A stretch of DNA of 64,000 nt, taken from the human T2T-CHM13v2.0 reference genome, Homo sapiens. Shown here one piece after another: positions 24,871 to 36,730 of this stretch. Where the stretch lies: the NCBI RefSeq assembly GCF_009914755.1, contig NC_060942.1; one strand, given 5' to 3'. The number at the start of each line of letters is the position of its first letter. Position 1 is the stretch's first letter. The notes under the pieces are model-generated. The model made no database searches and was not told the DNA's origin. It saw only the letters and a list, made by a program, of their open reading frames with translations. The position numbers and the translations under genes were made by a program.

Positions 24871-27800
24871 ATTCATATAATACAAATGGACCTTTGTGAT
24901 GATTTTACCAAACCTTACTCATTGAAATACTGCTTGGTGGAAAAAAGTTACATTTGATGTAAACCACTCCCTGAACCAAAATAAATAAATGCAAATATAT
25001 AAAACACCCATTCCTTGACTATAATAGATATTCAATAATATCAGACTTCCACTTCTTCCACCCTCTCAGTTTCTTAGAAATCATACATATTAATGCCACT
25101 TTCCTGAAAATATTTCTCAAATTTGTAGGCATTATAGACTCAAAAGCGCAACATTGCAGGCCTAATAGAGAATGGTGGATCATGACAAAGATAACGAAAG
25201 TTTGTAGCACATGAGACCTCAAATGAAATCATATTTGTAAAACTTTCTTTTCTTCTGCTCTGAGCTACTGTTATTTGGAAGGACAGATGGCATAAAACCA
25301 GACCACTGTAGTCTGAGAATTTGGCCTGTGTAAAGAAAACCCAAAGGGGAACATGGCTATAAGATAATCACTCATAAAAGATAGCTAAATTTCAATAATT
25401 TAGCTTCTACCAGAGGTCTATGGAAATAGGAGTGGAGTGAGAATGGAAGGAATGGATGTAGTCTCAGAATCCCCATTCCATTCTTCTCTTGGAAGGGCTG
25501 GCCCAGTATTTTAACACACCCTAGATCTCCAGTTAAATTTCAGGATATTATCCAGGGTGTCAACAAGACAAGTTGATAAGGAACTCCCTGCAGATGTGCC
25601 TCTTCCTGGGCTGGCTTGAATATGGACCTTTTCCAAAGTAAAGTGTGAGCAACTTTGTTTTTTGCAGTTGTGTATAGTTTGATGACTCTCAATCTCTGAC
25701 CCTCCACTCTCTCAGTGCTGAGCAATGTCTGCACTCCTTGAAGGTCAGGGCTTCTGCAGAGTGCCTGGATTAAGGTCTTGATGTCAGAGCCTGTTATCTG
25801 CTGCAGAGCCCCTAATGCCATTAGCAGGAAAATGAAAGAAGCTTCCAAATAACCTTCAGATCGATGCTAACGTTATAACTTCTAACAGCTGCTGCTCAGC
25901 TTCTTTATTTGTTAAGACCTCCTCCTGTGTGAAACTTTCTTGACTCAAGTTTAATTCTGTCAATTTGACAAAGATGTTTCCAGCAACTGTTCGCTATTCA
26001 GGCCTGGGCAAAGCCTTAGAAAATAGAAACATATATGATGGAGTAGGTCATTTCCGTCAAGGTAATAAACATTCCATTAGAAAGATAAAAATCGCAAAGC
26101 ATTTAAAGGGCTGTATATGCCCATAATGATTTCAATAATAAAATGGAAATTTTCAAAGTGGTCAAAGGAGGGATATTTATGTTGGTAGTGTTGGAAGGAA
26201 GAATTTGAGGAAGGAGGGAGAGAGAAAGTGTCTTCTACATGGGAGTAGTAGCCTGTGGAACACAGGATTGCTATTTCTTGGGTGTATGACACAAGACAGA
26301 ACACTCTCCAGTGCATTGTATTTCCAGCTCCTTCTCATCAAGTCTCAGTACAAGAATGACAGAAACTTTCACAGAGCAACTCTACTTGAGGGCGCTTCAG
26401 ATTCTTGCAGTGAAGGGAGAAAAGAGAAAATTGTAAAACTCTAATAGTTGTTTTCTTTGTTTTAGGAAAAACAGGGCAATAGAAATGTGGCCCTCTTTCA
26501 CCTGGCTTATAAAGTTCTATAATGAAACCTTTCCCGCATTGATGTAAAAAAAAATCAATAGGTAGGAATTTAGCAGTCTAGTAGCCCTTCTTCACACTGT
26601 TAGGGCTGACAGGTCTAGAATGGTGTCTGCCAAACCTTTTCTTGAGGGTCAGCTATTACTGATGACTCCAAGGTTTAGGGACCCTAAAAATGCTTCATGG
26701 GAGAAATCAAAATACTTAGCTGGACAATTAGAATTCTCAAAAATCTAGGCCATTCTCTTATTTTTATAGTCTCATCTTTTGTCCCTGTTCTATTTACATA
26801 TTGCATTATTGGCATTCTCATCGCCAAAATATCTTTGTGCATAACATGGGCTTTATTTGCTCACCATTCCCCTACCTTGAAGGCTCTTTCTCAATGTTTT
26901 CTCAATGTAAAGACTTACTCTATTAAGTCTTTGCTGGCAACTCCCATACACAGTAAACTCTAATTTTTCTGCAAGTCTGCATTCCTGACTTTTTGAATCA
27001 TTTATCTGGTACTCATTTAACATCTTCTGGAATTTCTTATATTATGGCTTACCCCATATTTAATTTTCTGTGTATGAATGTCCTTCCATGTGTGCTAATT
27101 TAGTTTCACATGTGAAAACATAAATTCTTGTGTATAGGACATGTATTTAGATCCTTTCCTAGAATCTAAGCACTTTTTTGTATGTCTTTTGGGATTCCAT
27201 ACCCGCCTGATTTGTTTCCTACTCTTTGACTAAAGCATTTCCACCTGTATTTGCCTCCACTCCTTTTCTCCAATTAGTAGAATTCTGCTCTTGGACCTCC
27301 ACTATTCTCTATCTACACTAATTCCCCAAGTAATTTAAACCAATCTCATGTTTTACTATCTCTTCACTATTGACTTTCAGCTGTATGTCTAAATACAGAC
27401 CTTCTCTATGAACCCTATGAATCATACATCTGCAAAGAGAAATGTTTTGGCACTATTTTCTCCTTATTTGTACATATTCATTTTCTCTAATTGCCTTTTG
27501 ATGAGTAAAGTTGCTTAACTTTAATGAAGTTAAATTTCTCAGACCTTTTAATTTTTTTCATTTATGTTTTTGCTGTCCAGATCCTATCTAAGAAGCCTTT
27601 TCCTATCCCCAGGACACAAACATTATTCTATACCTTCTTTGAAATCGTTTGTAGTTTTAGTTTCTATGTTTAGGTCTTTATGTTTGTGTTTTTTGACATG
27701 GAGATTGAGATTTATTTTTCTATTTCATATGTGTGCTGCAGGACAATTTGACTTACCTTTTTTTGCCATCAATTGCTTTGGAAACTTGGTTGAAAATCAG

Positions 27801-28771
27801 TTGATCTATGCATGTATATTTATGCCAATTCCATATCGTCTTGAATATTTTATATTAACTCTTGATTTTAAGGGGTTTAAATTTTCTTTTTTTTCTTTAT
27901 CAAAATTATTTTGGCTATTCTAGGCCCTTTGTCTTTTCACATGTAGTATAGAATTAACTTGTAAACCTCTATAACAAAGCCTGCTGTGATTATAATTGAG
28001 ATTACTTTAAATTTATAGGTCAATTTTGGAAAAATTGGATATCTTAAAATTATAAATTCTTAAATCATAGTCTTTCAGTCTGTGAACATGATAGATTTCT
28101 CTATCAATTTAGATCTTCCTAATTACTCTCAGTGTTTTGTACCTTGCAGTATAGCAGTTTTGAACAGTTAAAATTCTTCTAGGTTTTTTAAAAAATTTTT
28201 TTGAACAGAGTTAAAGTTTTTCGAGGTTTTTTAATGCTAATATAAATCACATTTTTATCTCATATCCCAATTACTGCTGCTAGTAATAGAAATATAATTA
28301 ATACTTGTACATTAATTATGTAACCTAAGCCCCTGCAACTCATGTATTCTTTCTAATATTTTTTGTTTCCGCTTTAGAATTTTCTTTATAAAAATTATAA
28401 AATATGCAAGTAAAGGCAGTTTTTGTCTCTCTTTCCAGATTGCACAACTTTAATTCATCTTTCTTACCTTATTACATTGGCCAGGAACTCTAGTATAATG
28501 CTAAATAGAGGTGATGGAAATAAAAATTGCACCCTTGTTTTTGATCTTACAGGGGAGGAGTTTACCACTTCATGATCGAGCCTGTATGATTTTGTAGTTT
28601 CACTTCAGCAATTTTAGAAAGTTCCCCTCAAATTCCAGTTTGCTTAGAATTTTTTAAAAATATGAATGTGTGTTTAATTTGTCAAAAGTCATTTCCACAA
28701 TATTAAATTGCTCATGTAAGTTCTCTTCTTTATTGTGTTGAAATAAAAATACATTAATCAGTTTTAAAATA

Positions 28772-29569
28772 TGTTAAATAAAGTTTATAGGAGGTCATTC
28801 ATTTGGAGTGACCTCCTGCACTGGGTCCAATAGATCAAAGCAAAATGGAGTCACTCATGATGAAGTCCCATGCCACCACACCAGAAATAAGTTGTTTATT
28901 TGAACTTCTAAACAATCAGGGGAGAGAGAGAGAGAGAAGGAGAGGGAGAAGGAGAAGGACAGAATAGCCAAAACTCTAAACAGGCCAGTTTTAGCCTGCA
29001 TGATTAGTTAGTCTTCTCTACTTTAATCTTTCTTTCTTTTCTTTTTTTTTTTTTTTTTTTTTTTTGAGACAGAGTCTTGCTCTGTTGCCCAGGCTAGAGT
29101 GCAGTGGTGCGATCTCGGCTCACTGCTAGCTCCACCTCCCGGGTTCACACCATTCTCCTGCCTCAGCCTCCTGAGTAGCTGGGACTACAGGTGCCCATCA
29201 TCACGCCCGGCTAATTTTTTGTATTTTTAGTAGAGATGGGGTTTCACTGTGTTAGCCAGGATGGTCTCGATCTCCTGACCTCGTGATCTGCCTGCCTCGG
29301 CCTCCCAAAGTGCTGGGATTACAGACGTGAGCCACTGCGCCAAACCTCTGCTTTAATCTTTACATGAAAAGTAACTTTGAAATCATCAGTTTGCTTTTGT
29401 TCTCTGTTTCTTCTTTCCTCCACCATTTTTTGTCTATAAAGCCAGGTTCCTCTGCTTGGCATATAAAAAGACTCATTGTGTCTGAATGAGGTGTTGCCTA
29501 CCTCTACAATAATAAATAAAAGCCAATTAAGATCTTAAACTAAATTTGTTGCAATTTTGTCTTTGGACA
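28772..29569 (+). mobile_element. ERV1 (MER57/MER93-like) solo LTR, copy 2, interrupted by an Alu
   Basis: TG...CA termini and TSD AATA (28768-28771 / 29570-29573). Shares aaacaggccagttttagcc, aaaagtaactttgaaat and aataaaagccaattaa with 3185-3619. Confidence 0.88.
29032..29345 (-). mobile_element. AluY SINE
   Basis: Full-length Alu with poly-T and AluY diagnostics. TSD ctct(a/g)ctttaatcttt at 29016-29031 / 29346-29361. Confidence 0.95.
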
Positions 29570-29693
29570 AATATTAAATCAATATTGCATTCCTGGAATC
29601 GACTTTGCCTGTTCAAGGTATATAATATATTGCTAAATTAAGTCTGATATTATTTTATTGAAAATTTTTTATGTCTATATTCTTAAGAGATGT

Positions 29694-32067
29694 CTGTCTT
29701 TAATATAGGTGCACCCAACACAGGAACTCTTAGAGACCTTCAAAGAGACTTAGACTCCTGCACAATAATAGTGGGAGATTTAAACACCTCACTGACAATA
29801 TTAGAGAGATCACCAAGACAGAAAATTAAAAAAGATATTCAGGACTTGAACTCATCACTGGATCAAATGGACCTGATAGACATCTACAGAACTCTCCACC
29901 CCAAAACAACAGAGTATGCATTCTTCTCATCACCACATGGCATAGTCTGTAAAATTCATCACATAATCAGTAGTAAAACATTCCTCAGCAAATGTAACAG
30001 AACTGAAATCATAACAAACAATCTCCTGGACTGCAGTGCAATCAAATTAGAAATCAAGACTCGAGAAATTTACTCATAACCGGTGGGATGTGGTGACTCA
30101 CACCTATAATCCCAGCACTTTGGGAGGCTGAGGCGGGTGGGTCACGATGTCAGGAGATCGAGACCATCCTGGCTAACACAGTGAAACGCTGTCTCTATTA
30201 AAAATACAAAAAATTAGCTGAGCGTGGTGGCGGGTGCCTGTATTCCCAGCTACTCAGGAGGCTGAGGCAGGAGAATGGCATGAACTTGGGAGGCGGAGCT
30301 TGCAGCGAGCTGAGGTCGCCCCACTGCACTCCAGTCTGGGCAACAGAGAGAGACTCCATCAAAAAACAAAAAACAAAAAAGAAAAAAAGAAAAAAAAGAA
30401 ATTTACTCATAACCATACAATTACATGGAAATTGAACAACCTTCTCCTAAATGACTTTTCAGTAAATAATAAAATTAAGGCAGAAATCAAGAAGTTCTTT
30501 GAAACTAATGAGAACAAAGATACAACATACCAGTATCTCTGGGACACAGCTAAGGCAATGTTAAGAGGGAAATTTATAGCACTGAATGCCCACATCAAAA
30601 AGTTAGAAAGATCTCAATTTAATAACTAATATCGCAAATAAAAGAACTAGAGAAACAAGAGCAAACCAATCCCAAAGCTAGCAGAAGACAAGAAATAACC
30701 AAAATCAGAGCTGAACTGAAGGAAATTAAGACACACAAAATAGATTGGAAAGATCAATTAATCCAGGAGCTGATTTTTTGAAAAAATTAATAGACCATTA
30801 TCTAGACTAATAAAAATGAAAAGAGAGAAGATTCAAATAAATACAATCAGATATAATAAGGGGGATATTATCCCTGACCCCACAGAAATACAAATAACCA
30901 TCAGAGATTATTATGAACACCTCTATGCGCATAAACTGTAAAATATGGAAGAAATGGATAAATTCCTGGATACATGCACCCTCCCAAGACTGAACCAGGA
31001 AGAAATCAAGTCCCTGAACAGGCTAATAATAAGCTCTGAAACTGAGTCAGTAATAAATAGCCTACTAATCTAAAAAAGCTCAGGACCAGAAAAATTCACA
31101 GCTGAATTCTACCAGATGTACAAAGAAGAGCTGCTATTCCTGCTGAAACGATTCCAAATAATTGAGGAGGAGGGACTCTTCCCTAACTCATTCTATGAGG
31201 CCAGCATCATTTTGATACCAAAACCTGGCAGAGACACAACAACAACAAAAAAGAAAACTTCAGGCCAATATCCTTGATGAACATGGATGGAAAAATCCTC
31301 AAGATACTAGCAAACCAAATCCAGCAGCACATCAAAAAGCTTATCTACCATGATCAAGTAGGCTTTATCCCTGGGATACAAGGTTGGTTTAACATATGCA
31401 AGTCAGTAAATCAGTAACATATGCAAATATGCACATAAACAGAACTCTTTAGGTCTGTTAGTCTTTACAAAACCACATGATTATCTCAATAGATGCAGAA
31501 AAGGCTTTCAATGAAATTCAACACCCAACTTTTCATGATAAAAACTCTTAATAAACTAGGTATTGAAGAAACATACCTCAAAATAATAAGAGCCATTTAT
31601 GACAAACCCACAGCCAACATCATACTGAATGGGCAAAAGCTGGAAGCATCTCCCTTGAAAACTGGCACAAGACAAGGATGTTCTCTCTCACCACTCCTAT
31701 TCAACATCCTATTGGAAGTCCTGGCCAGGGCAATCAGGCAAGAAAAAGAAATAAAAGGCATCCAAATAGGAAGAGAGGATGTCAAACTATCCCTGTTTGC
31801 AGATGACATAATCCTAAATCTAGAAAACCCCATAATCTCAGCCTAAAAACTCCTTCAGCTGATAAACAACTTCAGCAAAGTGTCAGGATACAAAATCAAT
31901 GTGCAAAAATCACTAGCATTCTTATGCACCAACAACGGTCAAGCTGACAGCCAAATCAGGAATGCAATTACATTCACAATTGCCACACACACACACACAC
32001 ACAATACTGAGGAATACAGCTAACCAGGGAGATGAACGATTTCTATAAGGAGAAACACAAAACACTG
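29694..32067 (+). mobile_element. Internal L1PA (mid-age primate) ORF2 fragment, EN to RT, without 3'UTR or poly(A)
   Basis: ORF-track peptides show EN motifs (IIVGDLNT, DLIDIYRTLHP) and RT motifs ([20 protein letters not shown]). Frameshifted; stops abruptly at ...acaaaacactg. Confidence 0.92.
30082..30396 (+). mobile_element. AluY SINE inside L1 ORF2
   Basis: Contains gagatcgagaccatcctggctaac and gagcttgcag. Perfect 18-bp TSD agaaatttactcataacc at 30064-30081 / 30397-30414. Confidence 0.95.
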
Positions 32068-32234
32068 TCTTAAATATTCCAATTTTTTGTAATGTCTTTC
32101 TCAGATATTGGAATCACAATTATGTTGCCTTTATAAAATGGGATGGAATGTTTTTATTCCTACCCTATTTTTTAAAAGAAATTTCTCTTAAATACATGTT
32201 TGGTAGAATTCTCAAGTAAAATGATGGGACCTGG

Positions 32235-32269
<35 letters not shown>

Positions 32270-32307
32270 TGTGCATGCGCACATGCATGCATGTGTGTAT
32301 GTGTGTA
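32235..32307. repeat. (TG)n / alternating purine-pyrimidine tract
   Basis: 73 bp of uninterrupted RY alternation including GCGC steps. Confidence 0.9.
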
Positions 32308-32499
32308 ATATTTGTTAAATTCACTGTTTTGATAAATATAGAAAATTCAAAAATTTTATTTGGTAAGTTATCCTTTCAGAATATTCTTATTTTATCCAAA
32401 TTATCATGTTTATTGGCATATCACTCATATATTTTATTACCTTTTTGATATTTCTAGCACTTGTTGTAATCATTGATGTTAACAATTTATGTTTTCTTT

Positions 32500-32920
32500 T
32501 TTCTTTTTTTAATTTTAATTTTTAATTTTTATTATTTATTTATTATTTTTTATTATACTTTAAGTTTTAGGGTACATGTGCACAACGTGCAGGTTTGTTA
32601 CATATGTATACATGTGCCATGTTGGTGTGCTGCGCCCATTAAATCGTCATTTACATTAGGTATATCTCCTAATGCTATCCCTCCCCCCTCCCCCCACCCC
32701 ACAATAGGCCCCAGGTGTGATGTTCCCCTTCCTGTGTCCAGGTGTTCTCATTGTTCAATTCCCACCTATGAGTGAGAACATGCGGTGTTTGGTTTTTTGT
32801 CCTTGCAATAGTTTGCTGAGAATGGTAGTTTCCAGCTTCATCCATGTCCCTACAAAGGACATGAACTCATCCTTTTTTATTGCTGCATAGTATTCCATGG
32901 TGTATATGTGCCACATTTTC
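32500..32920 (-). mobile_element. Young 5'-truncated L1PA (PA3-PA5-like) 3' end
   Basis: T-rich tail then ttattatactttaagttttagggtacatgtgcacaacgtgcagg...ccacattttctt. Low divergence; probable T-rich TSD ttttctttttt(t)ctt. Confidence 0.9.
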
Positions 32921-33739
32921 TTTTTTTCTTAATCTGTCTTGCTAGTTTTTATTTTATTAATCCTTTACAATAACTAGGTTTTTGTCTTTTAAATTGTCTG
33001 TATTTTGTCTGTTTTCTTTTTTTTAGAATCCTGCTTTTATCTTATTATTGTCTTTCTTATCCTTTGAGATTAAATAGCTTTTCATATACTCCCTTAGTTT
33101 AAGTTTGAGATTGAGATAATTAACTTTGTCTTCTTTGCTTTTCTAAGACCTGTGTTAGCTGCATCCTGTGGATTCTGATATGCTGCATTTTTACTACTGT
33201 TCATTTCGAAAATAATTTTCTGATTTTCCTTTTGATTTCTTTTCCGTCTTTCTACCTACTCTTCATAGGTTATTTAGAAATGTGTTTTTTAATTAATAAA
33301 TATTTGTAGCTTTCTGTGTATTTTTCCATTAATTTTAAAATTATTTTTACTGTGTTAAAAGAATATACTCTGTAATATTTAAGGCTTTTGGTATTTCCTG
33401 GCACTTTCTCTTTTTTGTTGCTTAACATGTTATTTGTTTATTTTTTTCTGATCTTGAAAAGAATGTATATTCTTTTTTTGTCTGGTTTAGTGTTTTTTAA
33501 GTATTTATTAAATTAAGATCATTGATAGTATTGTTTTGGTCCTGTATGCCATCACTAATATTTTATCTAATACTTACTGAGAGACAGATACTAAAATTTG
33601 CAGCTGTGATTGTAGATTTTTTTATGTCTCTCTTTAATCTTTAGTTTCCATTTAATTCCTCTGTTGGACTTACATACCAGTAAGACTTGTATACCATTTT
33701 GCATTAATTTTAAATAATTTCTCTTGGGATTACACTATC

Positions 33740-34565
33740 ATGATGCCACTCTTGAGCTCCCTTCTTTCATACCTCGCTCAGTACGTTCTCTTCAGTCTTC
33801 ATCAAATTCTGTTCACTGTACTTTGAAAATACATCCAGAATTTGACTTCTCCAAATTATCTCCACTGGAGCCATCTTGGTTTATTTTTCCTTTTACTTGA
33901 GTTACTGTAAAAGCCTTGACGATTTTTTTTCTGCATTTTTGCTCCTTTTTAGTGTATTCCAAACAACAGCCAAGTGATCTTACTGAACTGTAAGTGGGAT
34001 CACCTCACTTCCCTGTTTCTCACTCTCAGCATAAAAGCTGAGGTATTGCCAGGCAGTGCCAAGCCTGTGTGATCTGCTCCATCAGCATCCAGCTACCCTT
34101 TCATCCTGATCTTCATTACTTCCTCCTTCCACACTCGAATCTGAATTTAAAAAATCTTTGCCTTTTCTTTAATGTAACAATCAGGCCTCTACTTCAAGGC
34201 CTGTTGTTTGCTATCCCCTCTGCCTGGAACATCCCAGCTCCATGATTCCTGTAGCTACCTTCCTTACTTTCTTCACATTTTCACTAAAATGCCATATTCT
34301 CAGGAAGTTTTCATTTGCCAACCTTAACTAAAATGTTCACTCCTCTTAGTCATCCCCTGTCCCTATTTCTGGCTTTAGTTTTCTCCTCAGAATTTATAGC
34401 TATTTAACATGTTATTGATATTTAGTTTACTTATGTATTTATTGTGGACTCCATTGCCTTCCCCCACCCTCATTAGATCATAAACTTTTTTAGGGCAGTG
34501 ATTTTTTATTGATTTCATTTACTATTCTGTTTTCTCCCTAATGCCTAAACTAATGCCTGACATTC
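33740..34565 (+). mobile_element. L2a 3' region
   Basis: aaaatacatccagaat..., aacagccaagtgatctt, ccctctgcctggaac, tagggcagtgatt...aatgcctgaca. Confidence 0.75.
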
Positions 34566-34709
34566 TGTTAATGACAAACCTTGAGGTGCCAGATAGTCTT
34601 CTCGGGTCAGGGTATATACTTTTTTGTATTTTTTTAGTGGTTCTGATTTAATAATCTTTGATAAATGGTGAATTAATCTTACATGAAGTATCTGTAAATG
34701 AAGGTGATT

Positions 34710-34925
34710 TTGCTTCCTCCCTGGGTACCTTGTTTCCAGAGTCCTAACTGTTCCAATAGTTACAAGGATTTTCCTAATAATTAACCTAAATTCTCCCTCT
34801 GTTGAAACAGAAGCCCCATTAGCTCCTACTCTGTCCTTGTTGGCTAATGAGAATAATTGGTCTCTGTCCTTTTAATGGACTCACTGTTCTGTATGTGGAT
34901 GTCTGTGGTGCTTCTTCTCAGCCAT
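34710..34925 (-). mobile_element. L3/CR1 relic
   Basis: cctccctgggtaccttgtttccagagtcctaac...ttttcctaataattaacctaaattctccctct resembles the antisense CR1 3' region. Confidence 0.55.
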
Positions 34926-35644
34926 TGGTCAAGGAAGTGTGTCAGCAGGATGGCCACATGGGGACCAGCTGGTCCCAGAACAGGCATACGTAGCTCATCT
35001 CCCCACAACAGGAACCAGGAGCAAATGAAAGTTATTTTAAATAGACAGTGAGTTTATGTGGTGAAGGGGCCCAAGTCAGGGATTGGATTTGGATCTTGTA
35101 TTGACAAATTGGCTTTTAAAGAAACTTAAAATTTGAAAGCAGCAACTGAGCTCATTTGGAGCTTTGTTTTTGTTGACAATTAAGATGATAGCAAGGCCTT
35201 CTCTGGATGCCCTGCCTCCTTTCTTCAGAAAGATATATTTTTAATTATCAAAACATCACATTTTTAATGAAGAAACAGAAAGGTATTTTCTAAGTGTCAA
35301 ACTACGAATCCTTTTGTAAATTTTCACACTGTTCCCAGGCTCTGGGCCCTAAATGCATTTTCTAAAGTATCCTGTGCTTACAAAATTATGTAGAATATTC
35401 TCCATGTTGAGTTAACCATTTTTCACCTCCTAAAATTTATTACTATTTACTTTTTCGGTCTATATAAGGATATCATTTCTGAATGCAGTTGCTTCCTCAT
35501 CCTTTTTCTTTAAATTACACCCCGATGTTCACCATGAAGTTGCCTATTTATTTATAAGTATAAAGATAATACAAAGAAAATAATTTCACTTATTTACTTT
35601 ATTTTTCCTGCAATTTCATTTAAATGGTTGAATCAACATAGAAA

Positions 35645-35830
35645 GAGAGGATAGTGTGATGAATAGAAAGAACCCTGACTCACAGTTGGAAGACATGAGT
35701 TGAAATTCTACCTCTTTCATTTAAGAGCAGTGTGGCCCTTAAAGTAAAGTAAAGAACTCCTTACTGAGCTCTTGTTACCTCATGATTAAATGATATTTTA
35801 GGCCAGATTAACTCTAAGATTCTTTTTAGT
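35645..35830 (+). mobile_element. MIR
   Basis: tagtgtgatgaatagaaagaaccctgact...gacatgagttgaaattcta...agtgtggccctt, with a MIR3-like ending ctaagattc...ttatgattcta. Confidence 0.6.
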
Positions 35831-36554
35831 CCTTCAGTTTTATGATTCTATAAAGAAGGACAATTCCAAAAATCTTATTACCATGTTTAAGTTTGTTATC
35901 CATACATATAAAGTTAATTAACAAGATTGGTGGAGAGCTGTTGTGGAGTAGAGTTCACAATAGAGTGAACAAGAAACTATCCCTATGAAAAACTATGGAC
36001 GAAAAACTAATTTACACTAATTCCTTTTTTCCTTCCACGGAGACAACTAGATACTTTTTATTTTCTAAAATTAATAGTACCAATTGGCTAGTATTAATGA
36101 GATATGTATTGAAGAACTTTTGACATTTCTTCAGTGCTCTATGTTGCACTATTTGGTATTAAATAGTCAGTGAACGAGCAGCTGGTGTTTTATCTCAGGT
36201 CAAGATTTCAAGCCCTGTCAAATGTGTGATGGAAACTTCAGAGTTACAGCTGCTTATCCTTCATGACTTGTCACTCAAGATTAACACCATTGTCTAAGAC
36301 TAAGCTAGTGACATACTATAAAAACTTATAATGGCACTCACTGTAAATCAGAAGTCACAGCTGGTCCACCTGTCTGAGTCCTGTTTTCTGTTGCTTCAAC
36401 ACTTATCTACATCATATTAGAGAAGGTCAAGCTGCCAGCCATGCCATCTCACTGTATAGCAAACTGCCACCTCAACTGTCATCTCACTGCATGACACAGG
36501 TGAGAAAGTTTGGAAACAGACATAGAGATAGGTGAAAGTCTTGATACTTCACAA

Positions 36555-36730
36555 GGTAAAAGTCAATCTTATAGCAACTAAGATCCAGGAAGAGCCTTTG
36601 GAAAGAGCAGGTCTGGGTAAGGAAGATGAGAAATTTAGTTTTTGACATTTTGAGTATAAGGTGCCTAGAAGGCAACTGGAAATGTCTAGAAGGCAATTAA
36701 ATATTTAAGACTGGAGTTCGGGGAGAAGTC
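36555..36730 (-). mobile_element. L2 fragment
   Basis: gagcaggtctggg...gaaatttagtttttgacattttgagt...ggaaatgtctagaaggcaattaaatat...ctggagttcggggaga. Confidence 0.7.

Larger units (their letters stand above)
27480..33700 (-). mobile_element. Old L1M (antisense) hosting several nested insertions
   Basis: Collinear antisense ORF2 motifs at 27480-28771, 29570-29693, 32078-32490 and 32925-33700, each resuming after an insertion. Confidence 0.8.

Noticed and set aside
29690-31846. ORFs with endonuclease and reverse-transcriptase motifs as a novel RT system
   Set aside because: Ordinary frameshifted L1 ORF2 remnants.
29694-32920. Sense L1 fragment plus antisense L1 3' end as one twin-primed element
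   Set aside because: The geometry is wrong (the T-tail faces the sense piece), about 430 bp of host L1M lies between them, and their ages clearly differ.
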